A stretch of 64,000 nt of DNA, from assembly GCA_024743115.1 (NCBI GenBank), contig JANSXC010000002.1, positions 38,207 through 102,206 of the forward strand, given 5' to 3'. Below the pieces are notes generated by a model. It was not told the DNA's origin. It made no database searches and saw only the letters and a program-made list of their open reading frames with translations. Below are positions 9,542 to 18,160 of the stretch, piece after piece; within the stretch, counting starts at the first letter, position 1, and the number at the start of each line of letters is the position of its first letter. Origin of the DNA: a bacterium. GTDB taxonomy: Bacteria; Planctomycetota; UBA1135; UBA2386. The position numbers were made by a program, and so were the translations under genes.

Positions 9542-9910
9542 GTGGCGGACCCGGCGGACTTCCCGTTCGAGTTCGCGTGTCGTCGGTCGGGCAACTGCTG
9601 CGCGATCCCGGGCGGTGTCGTGCGTGTCGACGACGCGGACGTGCGAGCGATTGCCGCGTACCTCGGGATGAGCGCAGAAGCCGTGCGCAGCCGCTTCGTG
9701 CACCGGGACGGCGACCGGTTGCTGGATGGCCTCGGTTCGCGTTGCGTGTTCCTCGGCGAGGGCGAACGCGCCGGCGAAGCGCACTGCACGGTCTACCCCG
9801 TGCGGCCGCAAAAGTGTCGCGACTGGCCGTTCTGGCCGGAAGCGCTCGAACGGCCCGAACTACTGGCCGCCATGCAGCGCCGCTGTCCGGGCATCACCGA
9901 ACGGGCATGA
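9542..9910 (+). CDS. YkgJ-family cysteine-cluster protein (UPF0153)
   Basis: The ORF is open from 9401, but the in-frame GTG at 9542 lies 1 nt after the kinase stop. Motifs CRRSGNCC ... CVFL ... CTVYPVRPQKCRDWPFWP match the YkgJ Cys-cluster pattern. Confidence 0.8.
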   Translation: MADPADFPFEFACRRSGNCCAIPGGVVRVDDADVRAIAAYLGMSAEAVRSRFVHRDGDRLLDGLGSRCVFLGEGERAGEAHCTVYPVRPQKCRDWPFWPEALERPELLAAMQRRCPGITERA

Positions 9911-9943
9911 GGCGGGCGCGCCGACGAAATCAGATCGGACGAA

Positions 9944-11461
9944 TCAGATCAGCCGCAGGGACAGCAGGTCGACTTCGCACTCGCCGTCGACCGGGTCGAT
10001 GCGCAGCCACTGGATCTCGTCGGGCAGGGCCGGGTTGCTCGTGAGCGCAACGCGATGCTTGTGCACCTGGCCGTCGTTGGGCACCTCGAAGAGCACGCTA
10101 TGGGCTTCGAGGAACGTGTCGTCGGCCGGCCCCTTCCAGAAGATCTGGCCGGTGCCGGCCTTGACCGGGTTGTCGGGCGCGTGGATACGCAGTTCGAGCT
10201 CGACTTCGCGAATCGGGCGCTGCAGGCACGGCGTGACGAGCCACGGGTCCGGCCCGGTCGCGTGCCAGGCGAACCCGGGCTCGCTGCCTGGGTCGTTCTT
10301 CCGGGGCCGCAGCTGGTCGTTTGGCCAGAAGCCGCGGCGGTCCTCTTCGCGCCGCAGGTCGAAGTGATCCTGGGTCCAGCGATCGGGCAGGAAGAGCCGA
10401 TCCCGCAGCGCGAGCATCGCGGCGCCGTTGTCGGGGTGGTGGGCATCGAGGTGATCGGCGAGCGCGATGCGAGATGGCGCCGGGCGCTGGAGTCGCACGA
10501 AGTCGGGCACGCCGTGGCGCACCTCGTAGTGCGGACCGTCTGCCGAGACGAGCACCTCGTCGTGGGGGCGGAGTGGGGCGCGCGAGACCGGATCGCAGAG
10601 GTGCGTCACGCACTCCGTGAGCGCCTTCGGCTGCGACGGTTGGGGCGCCGCGGCTTTGTCGATCCGCACGGCGAGGAGCCGATCGAGCAACTCGGGGTCG
10701 CTGTGGCGGCGATCGCGCGTGGCGTCCGGATCCTGCAGGTCGGTGACGAGAATGCCGATCCGTCCGGGCTCGAGCGCGGTGCTCTGCGTATGCGCGAGCA
10801 CCCAGTCGCGCGTGCTGGCCGGATCCTCGACGTCCTTCGGTGGGCGTGAGTCGAACTGCGGTTCGAGCTGCGCACCCGGGAAGCAGGTCCGCAGGTCGTC
10901 GGGGTGGAACAGATTGCGTTCCATGTGCGGCCAACCCGGCCGCCGGAACAGGTACTGGTCGATGAAGCCGCGATCGTAGTGCAGTTCTTCGGTCGTCAGG
11001 ATCACGGCGCGCCTGGCGACGCGCTGGAGCTCGAGGATCGTTTCGATCGGGTGTTCGACGTGTTCGATGACCTCGCTGCACACGACGACGTCGAACTCGT
11101 CGTCGGGGAACGGCAGCTGGTGGCTCTCGACCGCGGCGGCCGGCAGGCCGAAGAGTTCGGTCGCGCGGCGGCAGGCTTCGTGCGACAGATCCGTCGTGAA
11201 GCCCTCGACCCCGTGGATCGCGTTGGCAACGTGCGGCAGGAAGCCCTCGGCGCCGCCGATGTCGAGCAGCGACTCGTACTCGAGGGCATCGAGTTGCCGC
11301 AGGATGCGGAACATGCGCGCGATGCGGCGCGGTTGGTCGACTTCGCAGTCGCCATTGCCGAGGCCGTAGATCGGCATGTGGGCGAGGTAGACGCCGGCGT
11401 CGGACCGCTTGCGAAAGCGGTTCTCGAGCCAGTCCCGCGTGATACGAGTGTAGAGGCCCAT
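9944..11461 (-). CDS. Class I SAM-dependent methyltransferase with Trm112-like segment and extra C-terminal domain
   Basis: 505-aa ORF. Motif I LLDIGGAEGF and post-I VVVCSEVIEHVEHP. A mid-protein Trm112/YcaR-like stretch (LCDPVSRAPL...YEVRHGVPDFV). A ~170-aa C-terminal beta-rich domain. Confidence 0.85.
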   Translation of the reverse strand: MGLYTRITRDWLENRFRKRSDAGVYLAHMPIYGLGNGDCEVDQPRRIARMFRILRQLDALEYESLLDIGGAEGFLPHVANAIHGVEGFTTDLSHEACRRATELFGLPAAAVESHQLPFPDDEFDVVVCSEVIEHVEHPIETILELQRVARRAVILTTEELHYDRGFIDQYLFRRPGWPHMERNLFHPDDLRTCFPGAQLEPQFDSRPPKDVEDPASTRDWVLAHTQSTALEPGRIGILVTDLQDPDATRDRRHSDPELLDRLLAVRIDKAAAPQPSQPKALTECVTHLCDPVSRAPLRPHDEVLVSADGPHYEVRHGVPDFVRLQRPAPSRIALADHLDAHHPDNGAAMLALRDRLFLPDRWTQDHFDLRREEDRRGFWPNDQLRPRKNDPGSEPGFAWHATGPDPWLVTPCLQRPIREVELELRIHAPDNPVKAGTGQIFWKGPADDTFLEAHSVLFEVPNDGQVHKHRVALTSNPALPDEIQWLRIDPVDGECEVDLLSLRLI

Positions 11462-11541
11462 GAGGAGGGAGGCGGCAGAAGCCTACCGAACGATCGGGCT
11501 CAGGGAACGGCGGACTTCGATCGCTCGACGCGGACGGCGAA

Positions 11542-13245
11542 TCAGTTCGATTCGACCCGGCGCCACTCGCCGTCGCGCAAGTTGAACGAGCGCGACGACA
11601 GATCGCGCGCGAGTTCGACGTCGACCCGCCAGTGCTTGCCACGGCGATGGACCCGCGCAACGCAGCAGAGCCCGAACTTGCGCGTCTCGAGCCAATCGCC
11701 CCGTCGCACCGGGGCTTCGCCCGTGCCCGCCGTGGCGCTCTGAATTCCGCGTGGTGTCGGCAGGTGGTCGGACTGCCATTCCGCCGTCGCCGTACAAAGA
11801 TCGCAAGTGCCGCAGCGCCACTCTTCGGTCGGCGTGCCGTCCGCCGATTCTTCGAAGCCGAAATGCGCGTGGATCGTGCGCTTCCGGCACTCGGCCTCGC
11901 TGGCGTAGCGCACCATCGCGAGCAGCCCCATGAGATCTCGCTGCTTCTTGTCGTCGGGCAGCCATTCCGCGAGCTCGGCGGCCGTTGGCATGCGGACGAA
12001 CTGCAGGTCGCGGCCGATCTCGCCCTCGAGGCAGCCGCCCGTGCGCAGAAGACGCAGGACAGTCTCGACGCGACCGTCGTGCCGTTGCTTGGTGAGGAAG
12101 GTGTCGCGCAGCGTGTCGAGATCGAGCGCGTGCAGCCGATCGCCCTGGCCCTGCATGTAGAGCGCGATCTGCTCGGCGAACTCGGCGGTCGGGTTGGCCC
12201 ACTCCGTGAAGTTGCGCTGGATCACGAGGTCCTCCTCGCGGTAGAGCAACTCGCAGAACGAGCCCTGGCCGTCGCGGCCGGCGCGGCCGACCTCCTGGTA
12301 GTAAGCCTCGAGCGTGCGCGGGATCTGCCAGTGCACGATGGCGCGGATGTCGGCCTTGTCGACCCCCATGCCGAACGCATTCGTCGCGAGGATCAGCGCG
12401 TCGTCGCGCTCCTGGAACGCGGCCTGCTGCGTGCGTCGCTCGTGCGCCGACAGATCGCCGTGATAGACCAGCGGTTTGATCCCTTCGCGCAGCAGTTCGC
12501 TCTCCAGCCGCAGTAGGTCCTTGATGAGCGCGCAGTAGACGATCGCCGGACCGCCAGTTTGCCGCAGGACCTCGAGCAATCGGTCGCGCTTGTCGTCGTC
12601 GGTGTGGCACGGCGCGACCGACAAGAACAGGTTGTCGCGCTCGATGCCGGTGCAGAACCGCTGCGCGTTCTCGAGTCGGAGTGCCGTGCGGATGTCGGAC
12701 TGTACAGTGGGGGTGGCCGTCGCCGTCAGCGCGAGGCACGGCGGGTTGCCGAGCTGCTCCCTGACTTCACCGAGGCGGCGGTACTCGGGCCGGAAGTCAT
12801 GGCCCCAGTGGCTGACGCAGTGCGCTTCGTCCACTGCGAGCCGCGCGATCTTCACATCGTTCAGCGCGGCGAGGAAACCCTTCACCCGAAACCGCTCCGG
12901 CGTCACGTAGAGCAACCGGATCTCGCCGCGCTGCACGGCGGCGAGGCGGCGTTCACGTTCCTTGCGCTCGAGCATGCTGTGGATGCACGTCGCCGGCAGG
13001 TCGCGCGCCTGCAGCGCCTGCACCTGATCGTCCATGAGCGCGATCAGGGGCGAGACGACGAGCGTGAGGCCTTCGCCGACGAACGCGGGCAGCTGGTAGC
13101 AGAGCGATTTGCCTTCGCCGGTCGCCATCAGGACAAGCGCGGAGCCGCCGCCCAGGTGGTGCTCGATCACGGCCTGTTGCAGGCCGCGGAACCCGTCAAA
13201 GCCGTAGAGCCGGTGCAGTTCGGAAGCGAGATCGACGGTAGCCAA
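11542..13245 (-). CDS. recQ: RecQ-family ATP-dependent DNA helicase (short form, no obvious HRDC)
   Basis: 567-aa ORF. Walker A MATGEGKSLCYQLPA, DEAH box DEAHCVSHWGHDFRPEY, RecQ zinc-binding cysteines (ECRKR...CGTCDLC). Confidence 0.92.
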   Translation of the reverse strand: MATVDLASELHRLYGFDGFRGLQQAVIEHHLGGGSALVLMATGEGKSLCYQLPAFVGEGLTLVVSPLIALMDDQVQALQARDLPATCIHSMLERKERERRLAAVQRGEIRLLYVTPERFRVKGFLAALNDVKIARLAVDEAHCVSHWGHDFRPEYRRLGEVREQLGNPPCLALTATATPTVQSDIRTALRLENAQRFCTGIERDNLFLSVAPCHTDDDKRDRLLEVLRQTGGPAIVYCALIKDLLRLESELLREGIKPLVYHGDLSAHERRTQQAAFQERDDALILATNAFGMGVDKADIRAIVHWQIPRTLEAYYQEVGRAGRDGQGSFCELLYREEDLVIQRNFTEWANPTAEFAEQIALYMQGQGDRLHALDLDTLRDTFLTKQRHDGRVETVLRLLRTGGCLEGEIGRDLQFVRMPTAAELAEWLPDDKKQRDLMGLLAMVRYASEAECRKRTIHAHFGFEESADGTPTEEWRCGTCDLCTATAEWQSDHLPTPRGIQSATAGTGEAPVRRGDWLETRKFGLCCVARVHRRGKHWRVDVELARDLSSRSFNLRDGEWRRVESN

Positions 13246-13314
13246 GCGGGCAGGCTAGGGGACGGTTAGACTCGGTGCGACTACCGTTCTCCTCGCTGCC
13301 ACCAACGCCAACCC

Positions 13315-14451
13315 ATGACCCGAGCTATCGCCAACTGTTCTCTTGCTCTCGCCGCCACGCTCGCGACCCTCGCCGCCCTGCCCGGCCAGAACGTCGGCCT
13401 CGCGCTCACGAACGGCATCGACGGCTACGTCGAGATCCCGTACGACCCAGCGCTCGTGCCCGCGACCGGCATCACGCTCGAGGCCTGGATTACCTATGAC
13501 GACAGCACGCTGCCGGCCGGTTGGCGCTATCCGACGGTCGTGCGGCAGAACATTACGCCGCAGCAGGAGGCCTACTTCTTGCGTATCGAGGCCGGCAACT
13601 CGGGGCAGCGGACGTTGCGCTGGAAGGTCGTGACCCAAGGCAACGGTGCGGCGGTCTGTGACTGGTCGTTCACGCCCGGCCAGCTCCTGACCTGGACGCA
13701 CGTCGCGGCGACCTACGACGGCAACACTGCGGCGCTCTACATCGACGGCAATCAGGTCAGCACCGCCCCGGCGAACGGCCAACCCCTCTGGGATCGCGGT
13801 GGCGAGCTGCGCATCGGCAAGGGCGATGACTCCGGTGGCCCGATCGAGGTCTGGAACGGCGAGATCGACGAGGTGCGGCTGTGGCCGTTCGCGCGGTCGG
13901 CGGCCGAGATCCAGCACGACAAGGACTTCGCGTTGGCGCTCGTGCCGGGGGCGGTTTCGACGTGGAACCTGGACGGTCACACGCTCGACACCTCCAACAA
14001 CCTGTTCGGCAGTGCGATCGGTGCTGCGAACTTCCTGAACAACTCGCTCGTGCTGCCGTTCTTGCCGCTCGCATCGGGCGTCGAGGTCGGCACCGGCACC
14101 GCCGGCTGTGGCCCGTTCCACATCACGTTCGGCAGCCTGCCGCAGGCGGGCAACCTCGACTTCCAACCGGTGTGCACCGGGGCGCCGCCCAACGCGCCGA
14201 CATTCCTCGCGATCGCGTTCCAGACCGCGGCGACGCCGCTGGCGATCGCGGGCATCGAGTTCTGGCTCGATCAGGGCTCCTCGGTGCTCGTGCTGTCGAC
14301 GACGGACGGCGCCGGGGTGTCGCGCCATCCCGCACCGTTGCCCGCCTGGTTGCCGGTCGGCCAGCAGCTGGCGTTCCAGTACGGCTTCGTCGATGGCTGT
14401 GGCAGTCAGGGAGTCACGGCGAGCGCGGCGCTCGAAACCCTGTGTCAGTAA
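13315..14451 (+). CDS. Secreted LamG (concanavalin A-like lectin/glucanase) domain protein with shared C-terminal module
   Basis: 378-aa ORF with a signal peptide (...LATLAALPGQ). LamG pattern (LEAWITYDD...WTHVAATYDGNTAALYIDG...GEIDEVRLW). The tail belongs to the shared C-terminal module (see findings). Confidence 0.85.
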   Translation: MTRAIANCSLALAATLATLAALPGQNVGLALTNGIDGYVEIPYDPALVPATGITLEAWITYDDSTLPAGWRYPTVVRQNITPQQEAYFLRIEAGNSGQRTLRWKVVTQGNGAAVCDWSFTPGQLLTWTHVAATYDGNTAALYIDGNQVSTAPANGQPLWDRGGELRIGKGDDSGGPIEVWNGEIDEVRLWPFARSAAEIQHDKDFALALVPGAVSTWNLDGHTLDTSNNLFGSAIGAANFLNNSLVLPFLPLASGVEVGTGTAGCGPFHITFGSLPQAGNLDFQPVCTGAPPNAPTFLAIAFQTAATPLAIAGIEFWLDQGSSVLVLSTTDGAGVSRHPAPLPAWLPVGQQLAFQYGFVDGCGSQGVTASAALETLCQ

Positions 14452-14497
14452 CCCCGCAGCGGTTACTCCGACCCAGAAGCTGCGCGCGGCGGCGTGA

Positions 14498-16630
14498 TCA
14501 GTTCTGAGTCAGCGTGACCTGGCGAACCGTCCACGGCAGCTTCACGGCGGGCCCGGCGCGCACGACGATCCTCCCGGCTTCGATCGTGCCGGTGACGCCC
14601 GCCGTCGCCGGCGTGATCTCGACGTGCCACGTGGATGCCGCGGCCTCGACGTCGCCGAGCAGGTCGGGCCCGAGGTCGAGCGTGACCTCCTGCTGCGCGC
14701 GGACCTGTAGTGCGAGTTCACCGGACGGCAGCGCGATCACGCCGTGGCGGCGGTTCTCGAGGAGCGCGTCGGCGAACTCCTTCGTTGCGAGGAGCCGTTC
14801 GGTGGTCATCGGTTCGTTGCGCACCATGATCGCTCGCGATGGGCGCAATGCGCCGAGCAGGTGGCCGGGGACCTCGATGCGGTTCTCGGTCACCGCGATC
14901 CCGGCGCGACCCTGGACCCGAACCCAGACGTAGCTCGTGATCGGGCCCATCAGGCCGTGAGCCCAGGGGCGCTTGTCGAGGTCGAGCACCATGAGTCGGT
15001 AGTCGGCGAGGAATCGTGGGTCGGTCTCGAGCTCGAGTCCGCTGAGGAACACCGGCAGCGGCATCCCGGGAGGTTTCGCGAACTGGATCAGGTCCGGTGC
15101 GCGATCGAGCACATAGCGGCCGTTGCCCCGCATGTGGCCCTGCGTGCGAACGAGGCCGCCGCGTTGTGCTGCGGCCGCGGCCCAGTCCGGCGTCGCGGTC
15201 GTTGCAATCGTGCGGTCGCAGAGCCCGAGCATGTCGAGGGCGGGCAGTCGCGAGTAGAACGGCACGGCGCCGGCGGCATCGACCGCGATCGTCGGCTGCT
15301 CCGCGTCGAACGCCTGGCCGAGCACTTCGCCGATCACCTTGCCCTGCCATTCCCACGTCTCGCTGCGGTTGAAGACACACAGTGGTTCGCGGCGGGTGAT
15401 CGCGACGTTGCCGGCCGTGCCGGCGGCTGCGAGCAGCACCAGACCACCCGCGAGCATGCGGTGGGCGGGGAGTCGGCGCGCGGCCCAGGCGATGAGCAGG
15501 CCGAGCGGCGCGAGTGCCGGCTGCATCAGGCGGTAGCCGGCGAAGTGGTCCCCGCCGACGCTCGCGAGGTAGAGCAACCAGGCGAGCAGCGGCAGGACCA
15601 GAACCGGGACTGCTGCCCGAGTCGAGCGCCGGCACAGCAGGCCGACCGCGGCCGCGAGCGCGAGCCAGCCCAGGCCCTGGACCGTCCACAGGCCGTCCTT
15701 GATGTAGATCCAGCCCGCACCCCATGCCGTGCCGTCGAGGTCGACCTTGACGTGCGCGGTGTTGGGCAGCCAGTCGCCGTAGTAGACCAGTCGGAACGCG
15801 ACCTGGAGCGCGAGTGCGAGCGCCGGCAGCGCGCCGAACGCGAGGATGCGCGAGGCGGTTGCGCCCGCGCCGTGCCGCCAGAGGGCGGGAGCCAGGGCTG
15901 CCCCGGCGGTCAGGGCCCAGAGCGGACCGTCCGGCCGGGTCCAGACCAGCAGCGCGAATGGCACGCCGCAGGCCAGCAGCCGGCCGGTCGCCGGAGGCGG
16001 AGAGTCGATGGGGTTGGACCGTTCGAGCAGGTGCAGCAGGCCGCGCAGGCCCCAGGCGAGCAGCAGCATCACGAGCGGGCCCTCGAGCCCGCTTGCGGTC
16101 CAGCTCATGACCTGGGGCGAGCTGGCTACGAGCAGCGGAGGCAGCGCGGCGAGCAGGGCGCCGGTCGGGGTGCGGGGCCGAGCTGCTGCGGCGAGGAGAA
16201 CGAAGGTCGCGCCGGTGGCAACGAAGCCCAGCAGGCGGGCGGCGGCGACGAGATCGAGCCCGATCGCTCCAAGTCCGGCACAGAGCAGGACCCACAGCAG
16301 GTTGCTGTAGCCCTCCACCGCGGCACCTGGGCTCCACGTCAGGCCATCACCTGACAGCAGGCGGGCGCTGAACCGCAGCGAAATGAACGCGTCGTCGCTG
16401 AAGAATGGCCAGCACCAGGCGATCTGGATGGCGGCGAGCGCCACTGCCGGGGCGGTGGCAAGGGCCAGCAGGCCGGCCGAGAGGCGGCTTTCGAGCGGTG
16501 GCGATGCGTCCAACGTGGGTAATGTACGGCAACCAGCGAGACGCCGCGACGAAACTTCGCGACGGTTCGGCGCGGATTCCGTCCACTTGTTCCCGTGGGG
16601 CGGGTTCCTATGTTCCCGTCTCTGCACCAT
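14498..16630 (-). CDS. Polytopic membrane protein, GT-C-like glycosyltransferase candidate, with soluble C-terminal domain
   Basis: The ORF is open to 16969, but its first 113 codons are low-complexity. ATG 16630 precedes many hydrophobic helices. The first loop, DDAFISLRFSARLL, resembles the DD motif of GT-C enzymes. The start is uncertain. Confidence 0.65.
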   Translation of the reverse strand: MVQRREHRNPPHGNKWTESAPNRREVSSRRLAGCRTLPTLDASPPLESRLSAGLLALATAPAVALAAIQIAWCWPFFSDDAFISLRFSARLLSGDGLTWSPGAAVEGYSNLLWVLLCAGLGAIGLDLVAAARLLGFVATGATFVLLAAAARPRTPTGALLAALPPLLVASSPQVMSWTASGLEGPLVMLLLAWGLRGLLHLLERSNPIDSPPPATGRLLACGVPFALLVWTRPDGPLWALTAGAALAPALWRHGAGATASRILAFGALPALALALQVAFRLVYYGDWLPNTAHVKVDLDGTAWGAGWIYIKDGLWTVQGLGWLALAAAVGLLCRRSTRAAVPVLVLPLLAWLLYLASVGGDHFAGYRLMQPALAPLGLLIAWAARRLPAHRMLAGGLVLLAAAGTAGNVAITRREPLCVFNRSETWEWQGKVIGEVLGQAFDAEQPTIAVDAAGAVPFYSRLPALDMLGLCDRTIATTATPDWAAAAAQRGGLVRTQGHMRGNGRYVLDRAPDLIQFAKPPGMPLPVFLSGLELETDPRFLADYRLMVLDLDKRPWAHGLMGPITSYVWVRVQGRAGIAVTENRIEVPGHLLGALRPSRAIMVRNEPMTTERLLATKEFADALLENRRHGVIALPSGELALQVRAQQEVTLDLGPDLLGDVEAAASTWHVEITPATAGVTGTIEAGRIVVRAGPAVKLPWTVRQVTLTQN

Positions 16631-16693
16631 GCCTTCGGCCTGGTCCACGCCGGTCCGAAAGCCTGCCAGCTGCTGCGATTCCGCAGACCGACC

Positions 16694-16732
16694 CCGCAAC
16701 TCGCTTCCGCAACTCGCTTCCGCAACCCGCCG
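16694..16732. repeat. 13-bp tandem repeat, about 3 copies (CCGCAACTCGCTT x2 then CCGCAACCCGCCG)
   Basis: Read directly in the divergent intergenic region between the genes starting at 16630 (-) and 16788 (+). Confidence 0.8.
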
Positions 16733-16787
16733 TCCCGCCGCCCACTGTCCCCCAGGGCCGGGCCCGACAGCCAGAGATCGAAACCCG

Positions 16788-18104
16788 ATGCGACGAACGA
16801 CCCTGCTGCTTCTGACGACCGCGCTCGTGCCCCTCGCCCCGGCGCAGGAACCGGCCGAGTCGGAGCGACCGGGGCAGCAGCAGACGGCTGGCCAAGAGAC
16901 GGCTGGGCAGCAGGGGGAATCGCCGGTGATCCGGGTGCGGTCGGCCTCGGCCGGGACGATCCTCGACATCGCGGGGGGATTCGGGTTCCGCGACGATCTG
17001 CCCGACCTGCCTGAGGACGGGCACTACGAGCTGGTCGTGGACGCGGATCGCGAGGTGGCGGTCCGCGCCGGCTCGGGCGCGGTCGGCTACCTCGAGTTCC
17101 GGGTCGATCCGGGCGCGGTGATGGAGCTGTTCGCGGATGAGATCAAGAGCGTCAAGGGCATCGCTCAGGGTGTTGCGGTCATGGCGATGACCCAGCAGGG
17201 ATTCTCGGCGAAGGAGGCGACCGGCATGATGCGGTCGCTGTTCGAGTTTCCGTACCTGCTCGAGAGCGCCGAACTCGTGCTGCCGCGGAACCCGAAGCAG
17301 TTCGAGGACCACGGGCTCGAGATGCGGGTGGCGGTGACGGCGCAGCCGGGCACCCAGGTCGCGGCACTCTTCGAGCGGCTGGTGCCTGCTGGTGAAGGTG
17401 CACCGGCGCTGCCGCGGGACGACGAGCGGCTGCTCGGAATGCAGCTCTCACTCGCGAACGATGCACTCGGGCCGCTGATGGGGCCGTTCCTCGACTTCGG
17501 CCTGTCGTTCAGCTACACGGACCCGGAGGCGCGCAAGCAGGCCAAGAAGCTCTCGAAGGAACTCGTCGAGCTCTACGACGGTGGCTTTGCGTTCGCGATC
17601 TCGAAGGGCATGCAGATGGAAGCGCTCTACGGCTTCTTCGATTCCGACAAGCTCGCGACCAAGCTTCACAGCGACGAATACCATCAGATGATGGTCGCGC
17701 AGCAGCCCGGCCGTGACATCGAGGTGGAGATCGAGCGGTCGGCGTTCGAGCACCGGGGTTCGAAGTTCATGCGCATGACCATGTACAACGACGGACCGCC
17801 GAACCCGATGATGCCGAACGACGAGATGAATCAGTTCTTCGGTGCGGTCGGTCGCTACCTCGTGATGGGCGGTTCCAAGGAGCGGGCGCAGAAGCTCGCC
17901 GAGACGATTGCCGAGCAGCAACTGAAGCGCGGCGCCCTCGCCGGTGGCGCGATCATGACGCTCGAGATGAACCTCCTGGGCTGGCTCGACGCGATGAAGC
18001 AGGCGATGCCCGTCGGGCGTGCAGCCAAGAAGATGCCGAAGCGCGTCAACCTGCAGCTGTTCGCGAAGCAGCGCACGCTCAGTGCGGTGATCCGAGCGCA
18101 GTGA
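16788..18104 (+). CDS. Secreted hypothetical protein
   Basis: The ORF is open from 16383. ATG 16788 yields a signal peptide, MRRTTLLLLTTALVPLAPAQ. Balanced composition (K, E, F, M-rich). No family recognised. Confidence 0.7.
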   Translation: MRRTTLLLLTTALVPLAPAQEPAESERPGQQQTAGQETAGQQGESPVIRVRSASAGTILDIAGGFGFRDDLPDLPEDGHYELVVDADREVAVRAGSGAVGYLEFRVDPGAVMELFADEIKSVKGIAQGVAVMAMTQQGFSAKEATGMMRSLFEFPYLLESAELVLPRNPKQFEDHGLEMRVAVTAQPGTQVAALFERLVPAGEGAPALPRDDERLLGMQLSLANDALGPLMGPFLDFGLSFSYTDPEARKQAKKLSKELVELYDGGFAFAISKGMQMEALYGFFDSDKLATKLHSDEYHQMMVAQQPGRDIEVEIERSAFEHRGSKFMRMTMYNDGPPNPMMPNDEMNQFFGAVGRYLVMGGSKERAQKLAETIAEQQLKRGALAGGAIMTLEMNLLGWLDAMKQAMPVGRAAKKMPKRVNLQLFAKQRTLSAVIRAQ

Positions 18105-18156
18105 TTCGGTCGCAGTTATCCGGTCGCAGTGATTCGGTCGCAGTGATTCGAGCGCG
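18087..18156. repeat. 14-bp tandem repeat, 5 copies (consensus GTGATTCGGTCGCA)
   Basis: Units at 18087, 18101, 18115, 18129 and 18143. The array fills the convergent spacer, and unit 2 supplies the TGA stop (18102-18104) of the upstream gene. Confidence 0.85.
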
Positions 18157-18160
18157 CTGA

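Noticed and set aside
7084-9789. 431-aa ORF antisense to the AAA+ gene and 449-aa ORF antisense to the kinase gene
   Set aside because: The opposite strands carry complete Walker/sensor and Hanks kinase motif sets. The antisense translations are Arg/Leu/Asp/Glu/Val-rich without motifs.
10098-12739. 520-aa and 418-aa minus-strand ORFs in alternative frames over the methyltransferase and RecQ genes
   Set aside because: Extremely Arg/Pro/Ala/Gly-rich (long RRRR and PRP runs). The in-frame alternatives carry SAM-binding and DEAH motifs.
9944-13245. Methyltransferase plus RecQ-like helicase as a possible restriction-modification or defence module
   Set aside because: The methyltransferase has small-molecule/glycan-type class I motifs, not the DNA MTase motifs (no DPPY/NPPY or PC-ENV). 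The helicase has the canonical RecQ zinc-binding region. No nuclease or specificity gene is present.
14718-16354. 539-aa (-) and 536-aa (+) ORFs overlapping the polytopic membrane-protein gene
   Set aside because: Arg/Pro/Gly-rich composition. The chosen frame encodes a coherent series of hydrophobic helices.
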